DNA from: Promethearchaeota archaeon
GTDB lineage: Archaea > Asgardarchaeota > Lokiarchaeia > Sigyniarchaeales > SOKP01
Direction of reading: 5' to 3'
DNA length: 64,000 bases
Assembly (NCBI GenBank): GCA_016839585.1
Contig: JAEOTZ010000021.1
Span: 1 to 64,000, forward strand
The notes below the pieces were generated by a model. The model made no database searches. It worked only from the letters and a program-made list of their open reading frames with translations, and was not told where the DNA came from. A program made the position numbers and the translations under genes. This document shows, piece by piece, positions 1-10,600 of the stretch (the first letter of the stretch is position 1; the number at the start of each line of letters is the position of its first letter).

Positions 1-248
1 ATTAAATCATCTACAGATTGATGAATATGAGTAAAACGATTGATAATTTCACCAGTTAAATGTGAAGTCGCTGTCAACACATCTTTATATTCCTCTTTTT
101 GAGCTAGTTCATAAATTTTCATAACTGTATTAATTGAAGGTTGGATAATTGGATGATTCCAAAATTCTTTGATTTTTTCTCCAAACATATATAAATTTAC
201 TGGTCTTTTTATGCTTTCCAAATATTCTTCTGGTGTTTTTAATGGCAC
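1..248 (-). CDS. abfD: 4-hydroxybutyryl-CoA dehydratase / vinylacetyl-CoA isomerase family (HpaB-like N-terminus); 5' part only, runs off the window edge
   Basis: Not in the ORF track. Manual translation from GTG at 248: MPLKTPEEYLESIKRPVNLYMFGEKIKEFWNHPIIQPSINTVMKIYELAQKEEYKDVLTATSHLTGEIINRFTHIHQSVDDL. The 'T.EEY.ESL...LY.FGEK...HP...S.LTGE..NRF.HIHQS.DDL' pattern is typical of AbfD. GGTGA RBS at 262-258. Confidence 0.85.
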   Translation of the reverse strand, partial: MPLKTPEEYLESIKRPVNLYMFGEKIKEFWNHPIIQPSINTVMKIYELAQKEEYKDVLTATSHLTGEIINRFTHIHQSVDDL

Positions 249-415
249 TTTTCTTATTCACCAATTTAAAAATATGTGTCTTAATTTAATTTAAGCAGTT
301 AATATTAATTAAAAGTAATCTTAATAAATTTAAGGTTAAAATCAGAAAATACAAAGATTAATTAAGAAGAAATTTAAAACTGTTAATTTTTTCGGGAATC
401 AAGAGTTAAAATCGA

Positions 416-1366
416 TTATTTTTCTTGACCAGATTCTTTATCAATGAATTCGTTAACATCTGGATTTTTTCTCAATACATTTGATTTTTGTTCAATAACA
501 CTTATTCTTTTTTCTAAAATTGTCATTGATTCAATGATATTGTCAATTTTTTTATTAATATTTTTCATTTCATTTTGGATTTCTCCTAATTGATTGAGGG
601 TAAATTTCATCAATTCAGGTTCTTTTACGGGTTCAATTAACCATTTAAATATATTAGTTATTAACAACTGATTATCTAGTTGATTCAAACCAATATTAGA
701 ATCGTTTGTAAATATATCTATATCTCCCAGTGCGATTACTCTACCTTGACCATATTCAGTATATGCTCCTACAATTTTTTCTTCCTCTTCTTCCTCTCTA
801 ATCCATTTTTCATTAGAACTATTATATTTCTCTGACCACACATTTTTTTTATTTGTTAATAATAAAGGTTTAGCATCCCTACTCAAGAATAGGGAACAAG
901 TTCCTCCAATTATAACTTCTCTTAACCCATTTCCTATCTGTTTATTATTAAATCTTTGAATTTGTACTATACTTGTACTATTGTGGTTCACACTATTTAG
1001 TTCTTTTATTAAATTTTTCTGGAAATATATTCCAAAATGCGTTCCTGATATATCATTAAGATTTGTTTTCTGTAAATAATCTGCTCCATATTCACTTAAA
1101 ATTAGCAAGTTACCACCAATTCGGACAAAATCAACAATAGCTTTAATCTCAATATTCGAAAAATAATCATCTATAGGATTTCCTATAATTAAGATATCTA
1201 TATCCTGTAATAATTCCTGAGATAAGTCTCTATTCTCATTTTTCGTAATTTTAGTATTAAATCTCTGGAGAAGCTTAAAAAATTCAGAAAATTCATCCTC
1301 TTCAATATGTAACATCTCATTATGACTCAAATCAATAAGTGTAGTAGTTTTTTTCAGAAAAGGCAT
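416..1366 (-). CDS. GIFT/GldG/IFT52-like (class I GATase-like fold, DUF4350-type) domain protein with C-terminal coiled coil
   Basis: Motifs 'LIDLSHNE', 'DIDILIIGNP..YFS..EIKAIVDFVRIGGNLLIL' and 'GQGRVIALGDIDIFTND...DNQLLITNIFKWL'; heptad-rich last ~60 aa. Confidence 0.65.
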   Translation of the reverse strand: MPFLKKTTTLIDLSHNEMLHIEEDEFSEFFKLLQRFNTKITKNENRDLSQELLQDIDILIIGNPIDDYFSNIEIKAIVDFVRIGGNLLILSEYGADYLQKTNLNDISGTHFGIYFQKNLIKELNSVNHNSTSIVQIQRFNNKQIGNGLREVIIGGTCSLFLSRDAKPLLLTNKKNVWSEKYNSSNEKWIREEEEEEKIVGAYTEYGQGRVIALGDIDIFTNDSNIGLNQLDNQLLITNIFKWLIEPVKEPELMKFTLNQLGEIQNEMKNINKKIDNIIESMTILEKRISVIEQKSNVLRKNPDVNEFIDKESGQEK

Positions 1367-1505
1367 TTTTGATAATAATTTTATTAAAATAAGTCTAAAA
1401 TCTTAAAGAAAATTCTTATATAAAAATTATTACATATAAAGCTACTAACTAAAAACTTTTTAAATCTTAATGAATAATGATTTTTGGAACACACAACTGA
1501 TTTAA

Positions 1506-1524
1506 CAAGTCTTTAGGAGACTTG
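1506..1524. promoter_or_regulatory. Inverted repeat (7-bp arms) upstream of purA
   Basis: CAAGTCT-ttagg-AGACTTG is a perfect 7-bp inverted repeat, ending 54 nt upstream of the likely ATG. Confidence 0.3.
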
Positions 1525-1550
1525 GAATTTATAATTTAGAATATCAAATC

Positions 1551-2888
1551 TTGAAGCAAATTGCTGGAATGAATGTTATGAGTGATATTAATAATACAAT
1601 TGCTTTAATTGGACTTTCTTGGGGGGATGAAGGGAAGGGCAAGATGACGGATTATTTTGCACAGAAAGCAGATATCGTTGTAAGATATAATGGAGGAAGC
1701 AACGCAGGACATACAATTAATGCTAATGGTATTAAGTATAAATTTAAATTAATACCATCAGGAGCTCCATTAGAAAAGGAGGTCATCATTGCTAATGGAT
1801 GCGTCATTGATCCTAAAATATTACTTGAAGAAATTGAAAATTTAAAAAACTTAAACAAAAAAGTTAATCTCAAGTTAAGTTCCACTGCCCATGTAATCTT
1901 TCCTTTCCATAAAACATTGGACGGACTTGAAGAAACTTCTAAAGGTGAATATAGAGCGGGAACCACTAAAAAAGGAATCGGTCCAACATATTCAGATAAA
2001 GTTGCACGTTGGGGAATTAGGGTTTTTGATTTAATTCATCCAGATGTATTAAAACCAAAATTAGAAAGACTATTTAAAATAAGGAAAGAGTTAATTAGAG
2101 TTTATGATCCTAATTGGGATGCTGATTTCGAATCAATATATAATGAATATAAATCTTATGGAGAACAATTAAAATCTTATGTTATCGATACAGCATATTA
2201 TTTGAACAAAGCTATTGATTCTGGAAAAAAAGTCGTGTTTGAGGCTGCACAGGGGAACTTGTTAGGTATAGACCATGGGATGTATCCTTTTGGAACTAGT
2301 TCTAATGCTAATGCTTTAGGTATAAGTGCGGGGACAGGAATTCCCCCTAAAAAAATTAAAAATATGATTGGAATCATCAAAGCCTATACTTCTAGAGTTG
2401 GAGAGGGTAAATTTCCAACTGAATTAACTAATAGAACAGCTGAAAAAATACGAGAACAAGGTCATGAATATGGTACGGTTACCGGACGACCTAGAAGGGT
2501 TGGATGGATTGATCTTTTCAATATAAAATATGGAATAATGATAAACGGAATTGACAAGATTATTATAACACTTTTAGATGCCTTACAAGGTGTGAATCCC
2601 GTTAAAATATGCACTACCTATGAATTAGAAGGCAAAAATCTAGAAAGTTGGCCAATTCAACATGAAATTATTGAAAAATGTGTCCCAATCTATAAAGAAT
2701 TCAAAGGTTGGGATGAAAGAACAAGAGAAGAATGGTCAGAAATAGCGCGAGAGGGATATGATGCCTTACCAGACAATTTAAAAATTTATATTGAAGCAAT
2801 TCAAGAGGAATTGAAAACAGATGCTGCAATGATCTCTATTGGTCCAGATAGAGATGAAACTATAGTTTTAGATAATGTATTGTTTTAA
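1551..2888 (+). CDS. purA: Adenylosuccinate synthetase (true start probably the ATG at 1578)
   Basis: WGDEGKGK, GGSNAGHT, GTTKKGIGPTYSDK, EYGTVTGRPRRVGW and ISIGPDR signature motifs. Confidence 0.97.
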   Translation: MKQIAGMNVMSDINNTIALIGLSWGDEGKGKMTDYFAQKADIVVRYNGGSNAGHTINANGIKYKFKLIPSGAPLEKEVIIANGCVIDPKILLEEIENLKNLNKKVNLKLSSTAHVIFPFHKTLDGLEETSKGEYRAGTTKKGIGPTYSDKVARWGIRVFDLIHPDVLKPKLERLFKIRKELIRVYDPNWDADFESIYNEYKSYGEQLKSYVIDTAYYLNKAIDSGKKVVFEAAQGNLLGIDHGMYPFGTSSNANALGISAGTGIPPKKIKNMIGIIKAYTSRVGEGKFPTELTNRTAEKIREQGHEYGTVTGRPRRVGWIDLFNIKYGIMINGIDKIIITLLDALQGVNPVKICTTYELEGKNLESWPIQHEIIEKCVPIYKEFKGWDERTREEWSEIAREGYDALPDNLKIYIEAIQEELKTDAAMISIGPDRDETIVLDNVLF

Positions 2889-3385
2889 CTATTTCTTTTT
2901 TTCTTTAAAATCTTTTCCAATTCAATTTCATCTCGTATTTCTATATCATTTAATCCTCTTAATGCAATCTCTGGTTTTAATTTTCTTGATTCTTTTATAG
3001 CATCAGTATAAATTGTTTTTATTCTAAAACCTTTCATTTGGTAGAACCGTAATGCATCTGTGTTATCATTCGTTGTAATAACCCATAAACGTTTACACCC
3101 TTTTGAAGTCGCAAAATTTTCAAGTTCTTCCAATAGAGCTGTTCCAATTCCTAAATTTTCCTTTAAGCTGTTTAAAGTAATAATTTCACATTCATCCTTA
3201 GAGATACTAAATGTTATTAATCCTACCTTTTCACTTTCTTGTATAGCCACATATCCAGGTAACTTATCAATATAATGTACTTTTCCTCGAGTTACAACAT
3301 TGATTGAAGCCCATTCACTAATTATTAATCTTTTTAACCACTCTTTATCATTATCATCCAAGGAACGTATTTTAATATCTCCCAT
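2885..3385 (-). CDS. GNAT family N-acetyltransferase
   Basis: 'CEIITLNS..ENLGIGTALL' (motif A) and 'LWVITTNDNTDALRFYQMKGF' (motif B). Confidence 0.9.
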   Translation of the reverse strand: MGDIKIRSLDDNDKEWLKRLIISEWASINVVTRGKVHYIDKLPGYVAIQESEKVGLITFSISKDECEIITLNSLKENLGIGTALLEELENFATSKGCKRLWVITTNDNTDALRFYQMKGFRIKTIYTDAIKESRKLKPEIALRGLNDIEIRDEIELEKILKKKRNS

Positions 3386-3449
3386 CTTCTTTCATATAAT
3401 GAATTCTTAATAAAATATCATAGGTAATTATGGATAATAAATCATAATA

Positions 3450-4010
3450 TCATTTAAGGCAAATTAATCCAAATCTATATAAAAATTTGATTGGAGGCCA
3501 TTCTAAATTAAAATTTAATAAACTTACAGATTTATTTACATCAATCCCTACAGCTTCCATTGAATACCTTATTTTATTAGGATAGCAACATGGTTTACCA
3601 CTGTCGTAAGTACAACCTACACTTTTTTCATTATAACATAATCGGCAAAAACCATCCCATAAAATAAGTTTATCCTCATATTTTTCAGGATAATCCATAA
3701 TAAATCGTAAAATTTCCTCCTCTAAATCATCCCGCAATAAATTTTTCATATAAAGAGCATTTCTTATACTTTTTTCGCTCTTTTTTGGATGTTTAACTTG
3801 AATTTCCTTCACATATTTCTCTAAATCAAATTTCACATATATAAGGAAGAATCTCTGGAATTTGGAAATCTTCTTTTCTAAATAAGGGGCTTCAGGAGGA
3901 CATGCCCATGAATGTGCGTAGCTAGGACATTTAAAATTAGAGTTGACACAATATGAACGCACTTTTGTATCAAAAATTATATCTCTAAATTTTGTTTCTA
4001 TAAAGGGCAA
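3450..4010 (-). CDS. DUF2284-like predicted metal-binding protein
   Basis: 'CPSYAHSWACPP' and 'CRLC...C....GKPCCYP..IRYSMEAVGIDV' Cys pattern. Confidence 0.8.
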   Translation of the reverse strand: MPFIETKFRDIIFDTKVRSYCVNSNFKCPSYAHSWACPPEAPYLEKKISKFQRFFLIYVKFDLEKYVKEIQVKHPKKSEKSIRNALYMKNLLRDDLEEEILRFIMDYPEKYEDKLILWDGFCRLCYNEKSVGCTYDSGKPCCYPNKIRYSMEAVGIDVNKSVSLLNFNLEWPPIKFLYRFGLICLK

Positions 4011-4201
4011 GGTTTAATCTCAAATTAGTGTATGAGTACTTATAACATATTTAAAAGGTTTAATTATAATGAGTTTACTTAGAACATACCAGTTATGAAA
4101 TCTATTGTGTAATTCATAATTTTTAAAAACCTTTTATATAATTAAATCTTAATGGTTAGTATTATATACTTATAGCGAAAAAAAAATAATTAATTCTTGA
4201 T

Positions 4202-4858
4202 GTGAAAAGGATGAAATTTATAAAAGATAAAAGAAGTGAATTACTAAATACCTCAAAAGATTTTTACAGAGAAGTCTTGAAAGGTTCGGACTTACTTCAT
4301 GGTTGTATTAATGATCTTATTGATGGAAAACTAAATAAGAACAAATTAGAAGAAGTAATACAATGTGAACATAAAGCGGATCAAGCAAAAGAAAAATATA
4401 TTAATATCCTTTATAAGGGTAAGCGATCTCTTCCATTTTTAGTTGAAGATCGTTATAGATTGATTAAGTATCTTGATATTGTCTCAGATAACTCAGAAGA
4501 TCTTGCTCATGGTTTGATAGTGTATCCCTTTAAACTATTTGATGATATAAAAGCGGATATGAAAATAATTAACGATTTATATCAAGAATCAATTGAATCT
4601 TTAGTGGAAATGGTAAACTTAATGGAGATGGATTTTAAAACTGCTTATCAGAAAAGTTTCCATATTGAAACTCTAAAAAGAAGTGCTCGTGAAGCAAAAT
4701 ACAAAATTTTAGGGGTGCTGTATCAAAAACCAAAAGAAAAATCTCTAAGAGTATATCTAACATCAAAAATATGCATAAAGGTATATGATATGATTGTAAG
4801 AGCTGAGGAAATTAGTGATTATCTAAGAAGTTTGATTGTAAAATATCCTAGCAAATAA
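4202..4858 (+). CDS. DUF47 / PhoU-like phosphate transport regulator
   Basis: Helical protein with 'EHKAD..K...I..LY....LPF..EDRY.L...LD.V.D..ED'; lies directly upstream of a PiT gene. Confidence 0.85.
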   Translation: MKRMKFIKDKRSELLNTSKDFYREVLKGSDLLHGCINDLIDGKLNKNKLEEVIQCEHKADQAKEKYINILYKGKRSLPFLVEDRYRLIKYLDIVSDNSEDLAHGLIVYPFKLFDDIKADMKIINDLYQESIESLVEMVNLMEMDFKTAYQKSFHIETLKRSAREAKYKILGVLYQKPKEKSLRVYLTSKICIKVYDMIVRAEEISDYLRSLIVKYPSK

Positions 4859-4879
4859 TATAATTAAAGGGGGATCCAA

Positions 4880-5836
4880 ATGGCTTTGTTAGGTATTCTA
4901 GTAGTTTTTTTAGTCATAGTAATTATAATTGCATTTGGAATAGGTGGGAATGACGAGACTTTTGCTGGAATATATGGTTCAAGAATTCTAAACATGAAAC
5001 AAATTATGATCTTGGCTACAATATTCGCAATAACAGGAGCTCTTTTACTGGGTGAAGCTGTAAGTAAAACTGTGGGTAAAGGCATTTTGGTTAATCTTGA
5101 TGATGCTATCGTCATAACAATTTTAATTTCTACTGCTATTTGGTTGATTTTATCATCTGCTTTGCGCTTACCGATATCTACTACCCACGCAACAATTGGA
5201 GCTGTTATAGGGCTTGGAATTGCTCTTAATGAAAAGCTTGACTGGATGAAAATTATCGAGTTAAGTATATGGTGGGTATTATCTCCGATTATAGGCTTTG
5301 TTGTTTCATTTATAGTTTTTAAGCTTATGCGTGCTTATAAAATTAAACATTTGAATGGATTTCAGAGTCTAGAAAAAACCGAAAAAAGTTTCACATATAT
5401 AGTTCTAATAATTATCTGTATTACCGCATTCTCAAGAGCAGGAAATGATTGTTCAAATGCGGTAGGTATTGTAGTTGGTATAGGAGATATAAAAGTTAAT
5501 CTTCTTCTTTTGATAACAGGTTTGAGTTTAGCGGGAGGATTGTTAGTTTTGGGACGAGGTGTTATTAAAAATGTCGGAAGAATAACAGAGTTATATCCAA
5601 GTACTGCTTTTGCTTCACAAATTCCTACAGCTGGGATATTATTTCTAGGTACCACACTAGGAATTCCTTTATCGGGCTCTCATATGTTAGTAGCGTCTCT
5701 AGTTGGATTATCTAAGGCAAGTCATACTCCTGCTAAGAAAGGATTATGGAAAATAGTATTGATATGGTTAGTAACCTTTCCAGCAGCGGCAATACTTTCT
5801 ATAATTATATATTTACCAGTGAATTCATTCTTCTAA
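4880..5836 (+). CDS. Inorganic phosphate transporter, PiT (PHO4) family
   Basis: Duplicated signatures 'GIGGND' and 'RAGNDCSNAVG'; 'LPISTTHATIGAVIG' and 'GIPLSGSH'; multiple TM helices. Confidence 0.9.
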   Translation: MALLGILVVFLVIVIIIAFGIGGNDETFAGIYGSRILNMKQIMILATIFAITGALLLGEAVSKTVGKGILVNLDDAIVITILISTAIWLILSSALRLPISTTHATIGAVIGLGIALNEKLDWMKIIELSIWWVLSPIIGFVVSFIVFKLMRAYKIKHLNGFQSLEKTEKSFTYIVLIIICITAFSRAGNDCSNAVGIVVGIGDIKVNLLLLITGLSLAGGLLVLGRGVIKNVGRITELYPSTAFASQIPTAGILFLGTTLGIPLSGSHMLVASLVGLSKASHTPAKKGLWKIVLIWLVTFPAAAILSIIIYLPVNSFF

Positions 5837-5922
5837 TTTTAATCTCTTACTTTTTATTTGATTTAAATCCAAGTTTTTCTTTTTCTTTGCATAATTTGTA
5901 AAACCTTCTTAATTCTAATTAT

Positions 5923-6846
5923 TTAACTTGAATACTTGAAAATTATTAAATTTGCTAAAAGTATTAACCCTCCTCCCACAATAGTAAAAATTGATAAATT
6001 TTTTAAAAAAATAGCAGTATTTATTGTTGCCATAACTGGTTCAAAATAACTCAAAATAACGATGCTACCTCCCGTATCATTTTTTAAACCTACATTGTAT
6101 AATGTAAATGCTAATGCTGTCGGAAAAAATCCAAGAATTAAGCTAAAAATTATGTCTATTAATGACAATCTCAGCAATTCAGATCCTCCTATCGGTAGAA
6201 ACATAAGTATAAGAAAAATCGTAGACCACCATGAAAGAAATGTATCAAAATTACCTTCGGATTTAAGATTGTGTTGATATTGAATCCTTTTATTATATAT
6301 TTTCTTTTTAGAAAATACTAAAATTGTTAACGCTAATCCTGAAAAAACTCCAACTAAGATTCCTGGAGTAATTAAGTCACCATTCCAAAATTCCATTATG
6401 ATAGCTACTCCTAGGATTGCTAAAGAGAAGCTTATTAAATTCACCTTTGAAACTTTCTCTTCTTTCGTAATAATTAACAGTAATAGGAGATATATCCCGC
6501 TTGTATATAATAAGAAAGCAGCAATTGAATAACCAGAAATCGTAATACTTATAAAATATAAGAGGATCACTATAGGATTAATTATCCCAATAATGATTAA
6601 AAATTTCCAGTGGAATTTAAAAGACTCCTTCAAGAATTCTTTTGAAAAAGATTTTTGAATTACCATAAATAAAGTTAAAAATAGAGTACCAAAAATTCCT
6701 CGTAATAAGGCAATAGTATAAACTGAATAACCCGATAAAAATGTTACTAATAGCCCCACATTCCCCATACAAATACCTGATATAAACATACTTATTTTTG
6801 AGACAAGTGGGTTAGTATTTGTTTTCTTAGATTTTATTGAAACCAT
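5923..6846 (-). CDS. DMT/EamA family transporter
   Basis: About 10 TM helices in two repeats; 'LAFTLYNVGLK' and 'SYFEPVMATI'. Confidence 0.85.
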   Translation of the reverse strand: MVSIKSKKTNTNPLVSKISMFISGICMGNVGLLVTFLSGYSVYTIALLRGIFGTLFLTLFMVIQKSFSKEFLKESFKFHWKFLIIIGIINPIVILLYFISITISGYSIAAFLLYTSGIYLLLLLIITKEEKVSKVNLISFSLAILGVAIIMEFWNGDLITPGILVGVFSGLALTILVFSKKKIYNKRIQYQHNLKSEGNFDTFLSWWSTIFLILMFLPIGGSELLRLSLIDIIFSLILGFFPTALAFTLYNVGLKNDTGGSIVILSYFEPVMATINTAIFLKNLSIFTIVGGGLILLANLIIFKYSS

Positions 6847-6900
6847 TTGTTCTAAAAGTCTTATTATATAATATTTTAAATATTTATAAAAAAAAGGAAA

Positions 6901-7497
6901 TTGTTATTAAAGTTTATATTTGAAGTTAATCAATGTATATTCACAATAATGGTGTCAGATAAAATTGAAATTATAGATTTTTCTGGAGAGAAATTTTCTC
7001 TCATTTCCATACCCTGTTCAGTTAGTTTGCCAATTATTTGTTTGTTAGTAATTTTGAATGGTATTTTTATGGTTGCTTTCCCTATTTATTCTTTTACAAT
7101 TGTTTTAAGCTTAATTTTAATTATTTTATTTGTATTGTATTTTCTAAGTTGGGTAAAAAATCCTGCTAAATTAAGAAAGTTTGCTATTTCAGAAGAGATT
7201 ATTGAAATTGTATTACCTCATGTTTCTCGATTTCATAAATCTTGGTCTCAATTTAATAAAATTGAAGTACGGTTAAAATATTTTGATATTAAGCCGTATA
7301 GAGCATATGAATTACATTTTATACGAAGTAATTCTGAAGATTGTTTTAATATCAGTTTATTTGATTTCCATAAAGAAAAAATAAAAGAAATTTTGGCACT
7401 TTTAAAGGAGTTTTCTCGGAGGAAGAATAAAACTTTTAGCGCAGTAAAGGAAAGAATGATTTCTGGAATTGTTGAGGTTGAAGATTTGAATATTTAA
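6901..7497 (+). CDS. Hypothetical membrane protein (2 TM followed by a soluble beta-rich, possibly PH-like, domain); start may be the ATG at 6949
   Basis: Hydrophobic hairpin, then 'KFAISEEIIEI...SWSQFNKIEV'. Confidence 0.55.
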   Translation: MLLKFIFEVNQCIFTIMVSDKIEIIDFSGEKFSLISIPCSVSLPIICLLVILNGIFMVAFPIYSFTIVLSLILIILFVLYFLSWVKNPAKLRKFAISEEIIEIVLPHVSRFHKSWSQFNKIEVRLKYFDIKPYRAYELHFIRSNSEDCFNISLFDFHKEKIKEILALLKEFSRRKNKTFSAVKERMISGIVEVEDLNI

Positions 7498-7672
7498 AAT
7501 AATAAGCGTAATTTTGAATTCGAGTTAACTATTTTTTTATTACTTCTTATAAACATGTTAAGATTTTTAATAATAAGAAAGAGAATATTTATTCATATCA
7601 ATCATAATTTAATATATCATAACTAATAGCTAAAAATAGTTATAAAAATATTTTCTGAGAAATTGATGGTGG

Positions 7673-10600
7673 ATGGCTGAAATGAAAAAAGACGAAACAC
7701 TATTAGAAAAAGCACAGTTAGAAGAAAATAATTACAATTGGAAAGAAGCTGCATTTTTGTATGAATCAGCTGTCAATTACTTCTTAGAAAAGGATATGAT
7801 TGATAAGGTTGCATTTGCTTATAAAAAACTGGGCTTTACTAATGTAATGGTCTCAGAAACAGTAGATTCAGCTATTGATTTAAGGAATAATTGTAAAAAT
7901 GCTATTAATGCCTATGATAAAGCAATAAAAATATATAATCAGATTGGTTCCAATGAAGAAGAATTGGAGTGTATGGGAGAAAAATTATATGCTCAAATAT
8001 TTATCTCAAAATCTATTGAGGAAATAAAGAATTCGCTTAAAGATGCATTTAATATCTTCCTTGAAGCTAGTAAATTGTACTCTCAAAAAGGAGACAATGA
8101 AAGTAAAGCAAGAACTCTGAGTAGAGCTTTATTCTGCATAGGCTGGCTAGTAAATTATCTATCTGAAGAATCCGAATATGATCTTTTCTATGAAAATTAT
8201 TTAGACTTAATAAATAAATCTTTGAAAATTGCTATAGAAGTTAAAAATATCAGATATATAAGTGAAAATATAAATGGTATAGTACTATTTTATTTCTTTC
8301 AAATCTTTTTTAAGAATTTTAAAAAAGATGATAATTTTAAAAACCTAATGATTAATCTAATGAAAAATGTTAGTGATATCCTAGATCTATTTAGAGATTT
8401 TGAAGATGATAGAGCATTTAGCATGATATATTTTACTTATGGGCAGATATATTGTGCTTATGCCAGTCATTTTATTAAAAAAGAGATAGAACAGAGGGAT
8501 TGGTCAAATAAAGGAATCAATCTACTTGAAAAAGCTTTAGATTACGCAAGAAAAGCTAATAATAAGCCTTTAATAATCGCATCAATATTTTATATCGACT
8601 GGTGGGCTTTTTATTTTCGAAGAGTAAATTATGTTCAAAAAAGAATTTATAGTGATGTCAATGAAATGTTAAAACTAGGAAAGATTTTTTCTGAATTCTT
8701 TAATCACTTAGGTTTCTATGCATATTTTTTCCCAGTTTTCTATTATGGTAATATGTCTCAAAGAAGCTTCTTTACTATTCGCCAAAGAAAAACCTATGCT
8801 AAACAAGGTATAAAATATGCAAAAGAAGCATTAAGGTTAATCCCTGATTTACCTTACTCCGCATGGCCTTATCAGATGTTAACATACTGTTATTCAGAAT
8901 TAACACATCTTTCCAGTTTAAAAGATGAACAGAAGAAATATTCTGATAAAATGTTTAGTTATGCTCAAAAAGCAGTGAAGATAGGTGAAAAATTTGAAGG
9001 TGGACTGGCTCGAGCAGCTGGTTATTCTTCGATGTATAGAGCATATAAAACTCAAGCAGACTTTGCTATTGATAAAGAAAATAAGATAAGCATGTTATCT
9101 TCAGCTGCTAAGGTGGCTAAACAATATTTAGAATATACACCAGAATCTTACACAATAGAGTTGATAGGACAAATACGATTAGGTTTACTGTTAGAAGAAA
9201 TTGGAATAATTTCAGGAAACATAGAACCTTTAGAACAAGCAAAAGATATTTTTTTTAATTTGATTAATGAAAGCACTGCGAGTGGTCAATATTCTTATAC
9301 AGCTGCTACATGTGAATATATTGCACGTATAGAAGATAGATTAGGTAATAATAAATCTTCTGCTGAATTATATAATAAAGCTCAAGATTTTTATTCTAAA
9401 TCATTAAAAAATATCAAATACAAACCTCTTAAGGAACGAACTAAAGAAAAAATATCGTATGCGGAAGCTTGGGCTTTAATAGAGATCGCCAAGTTATATC
9501 ATAAAGAAGAGAACCATATTAATGCCAAAGACAGTTATGAAAAAGCTTGTCAAATCCTAAAAAGTTTACCTAGTTATAATTTCGAGGCTTCATATTATTA
9601 TGCTTGGATTTTTATAGAAGAAGCTGAATCCTTAAGTAAACAAGGAAAACATTCAGATGCTATAGAAAAATATACAGCTAGTAGCAAGTATTTTAATGAT
9701 GCATTAAATGTATTGGATAATGTTACACAGAAATCCAAGGATAAAATGGAAATAGAACGTATTAAAAAACTGATTAATGTAGCTAAAATTAGAATTAATT
9801 ATTGTAATGCTAGAGCAGATGTTGAAAATGCGAGAATTTTAGGGAAAAAGGGAGAGCATCTTGTAGCAGGAGAAAAATTTTCTATAGCGGCTTCGCAATT
9901 CAAATATATATGTACAAAGTTTGAAATAGAAAGGGAACGAAGAGAATTAGAAGCAATATATTACCTTTGCAAAGCTTGGGAAAATATGGAACTCGCAGAG
10001 AACTCTGAGGATTTTCAAAAGTACTCAAATGCCTCATCCTTATTTGATAAAGCCAGTAATCTATTCAGTGAAAATAAATTAAAAATGCTCTCTTTAGGTA
10101 ATTCTGCTTTCTGCCTAGCTTTAGAACTTGGTTGTAAATTTGATGAAACTACAAAAACAGAAGTAAAAGCAGAATTATATCCAAGAATTAAAATAATGAT
10201 TAGAAAAGCGGCTACTTCTTATAGAAAAGGTGGTTTTGAAAGTGGAGCCGAATGGGCATTAGCAACATCAACATATTTTGATGCAAGTTGGCATTTAATT
10301 AAAGCAGACCAAGAAGTAGAACTTGAGGAAAAAAATAAACATTTAGAAGTAGGATCTGGCTTTCTTAAGTCTGCTGCCGAACTTTTCGCTAAAGCAGGTT
10401 ATAAAAATAAAGAAAAAGAGCTCTTAGAAATATTAGATATGGTATTGAAAGAGAAAAAAATAATTGTTTCAGCTTTAAATACGATAATACAACCATCTAT
10501 AACAAAAAGTACTGTTGGTATAATAGCTCCAGCTTGCCCTGTTGAAACCAGTCAATCTCCAAAATTAAGTGATGTACGGAGTTATACACAAGAATATGAT

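Noticed and set aside
1652-6277. Short ORFs 1652..1966, 2198..2380, 3060..3275, 4864..5115, 5362..5655 and 6062..6277
   Set aside because: Antisense shadows lying within or almost entirely within well-supported genes (purA, GNAT, PiT, DMT); no motifs.
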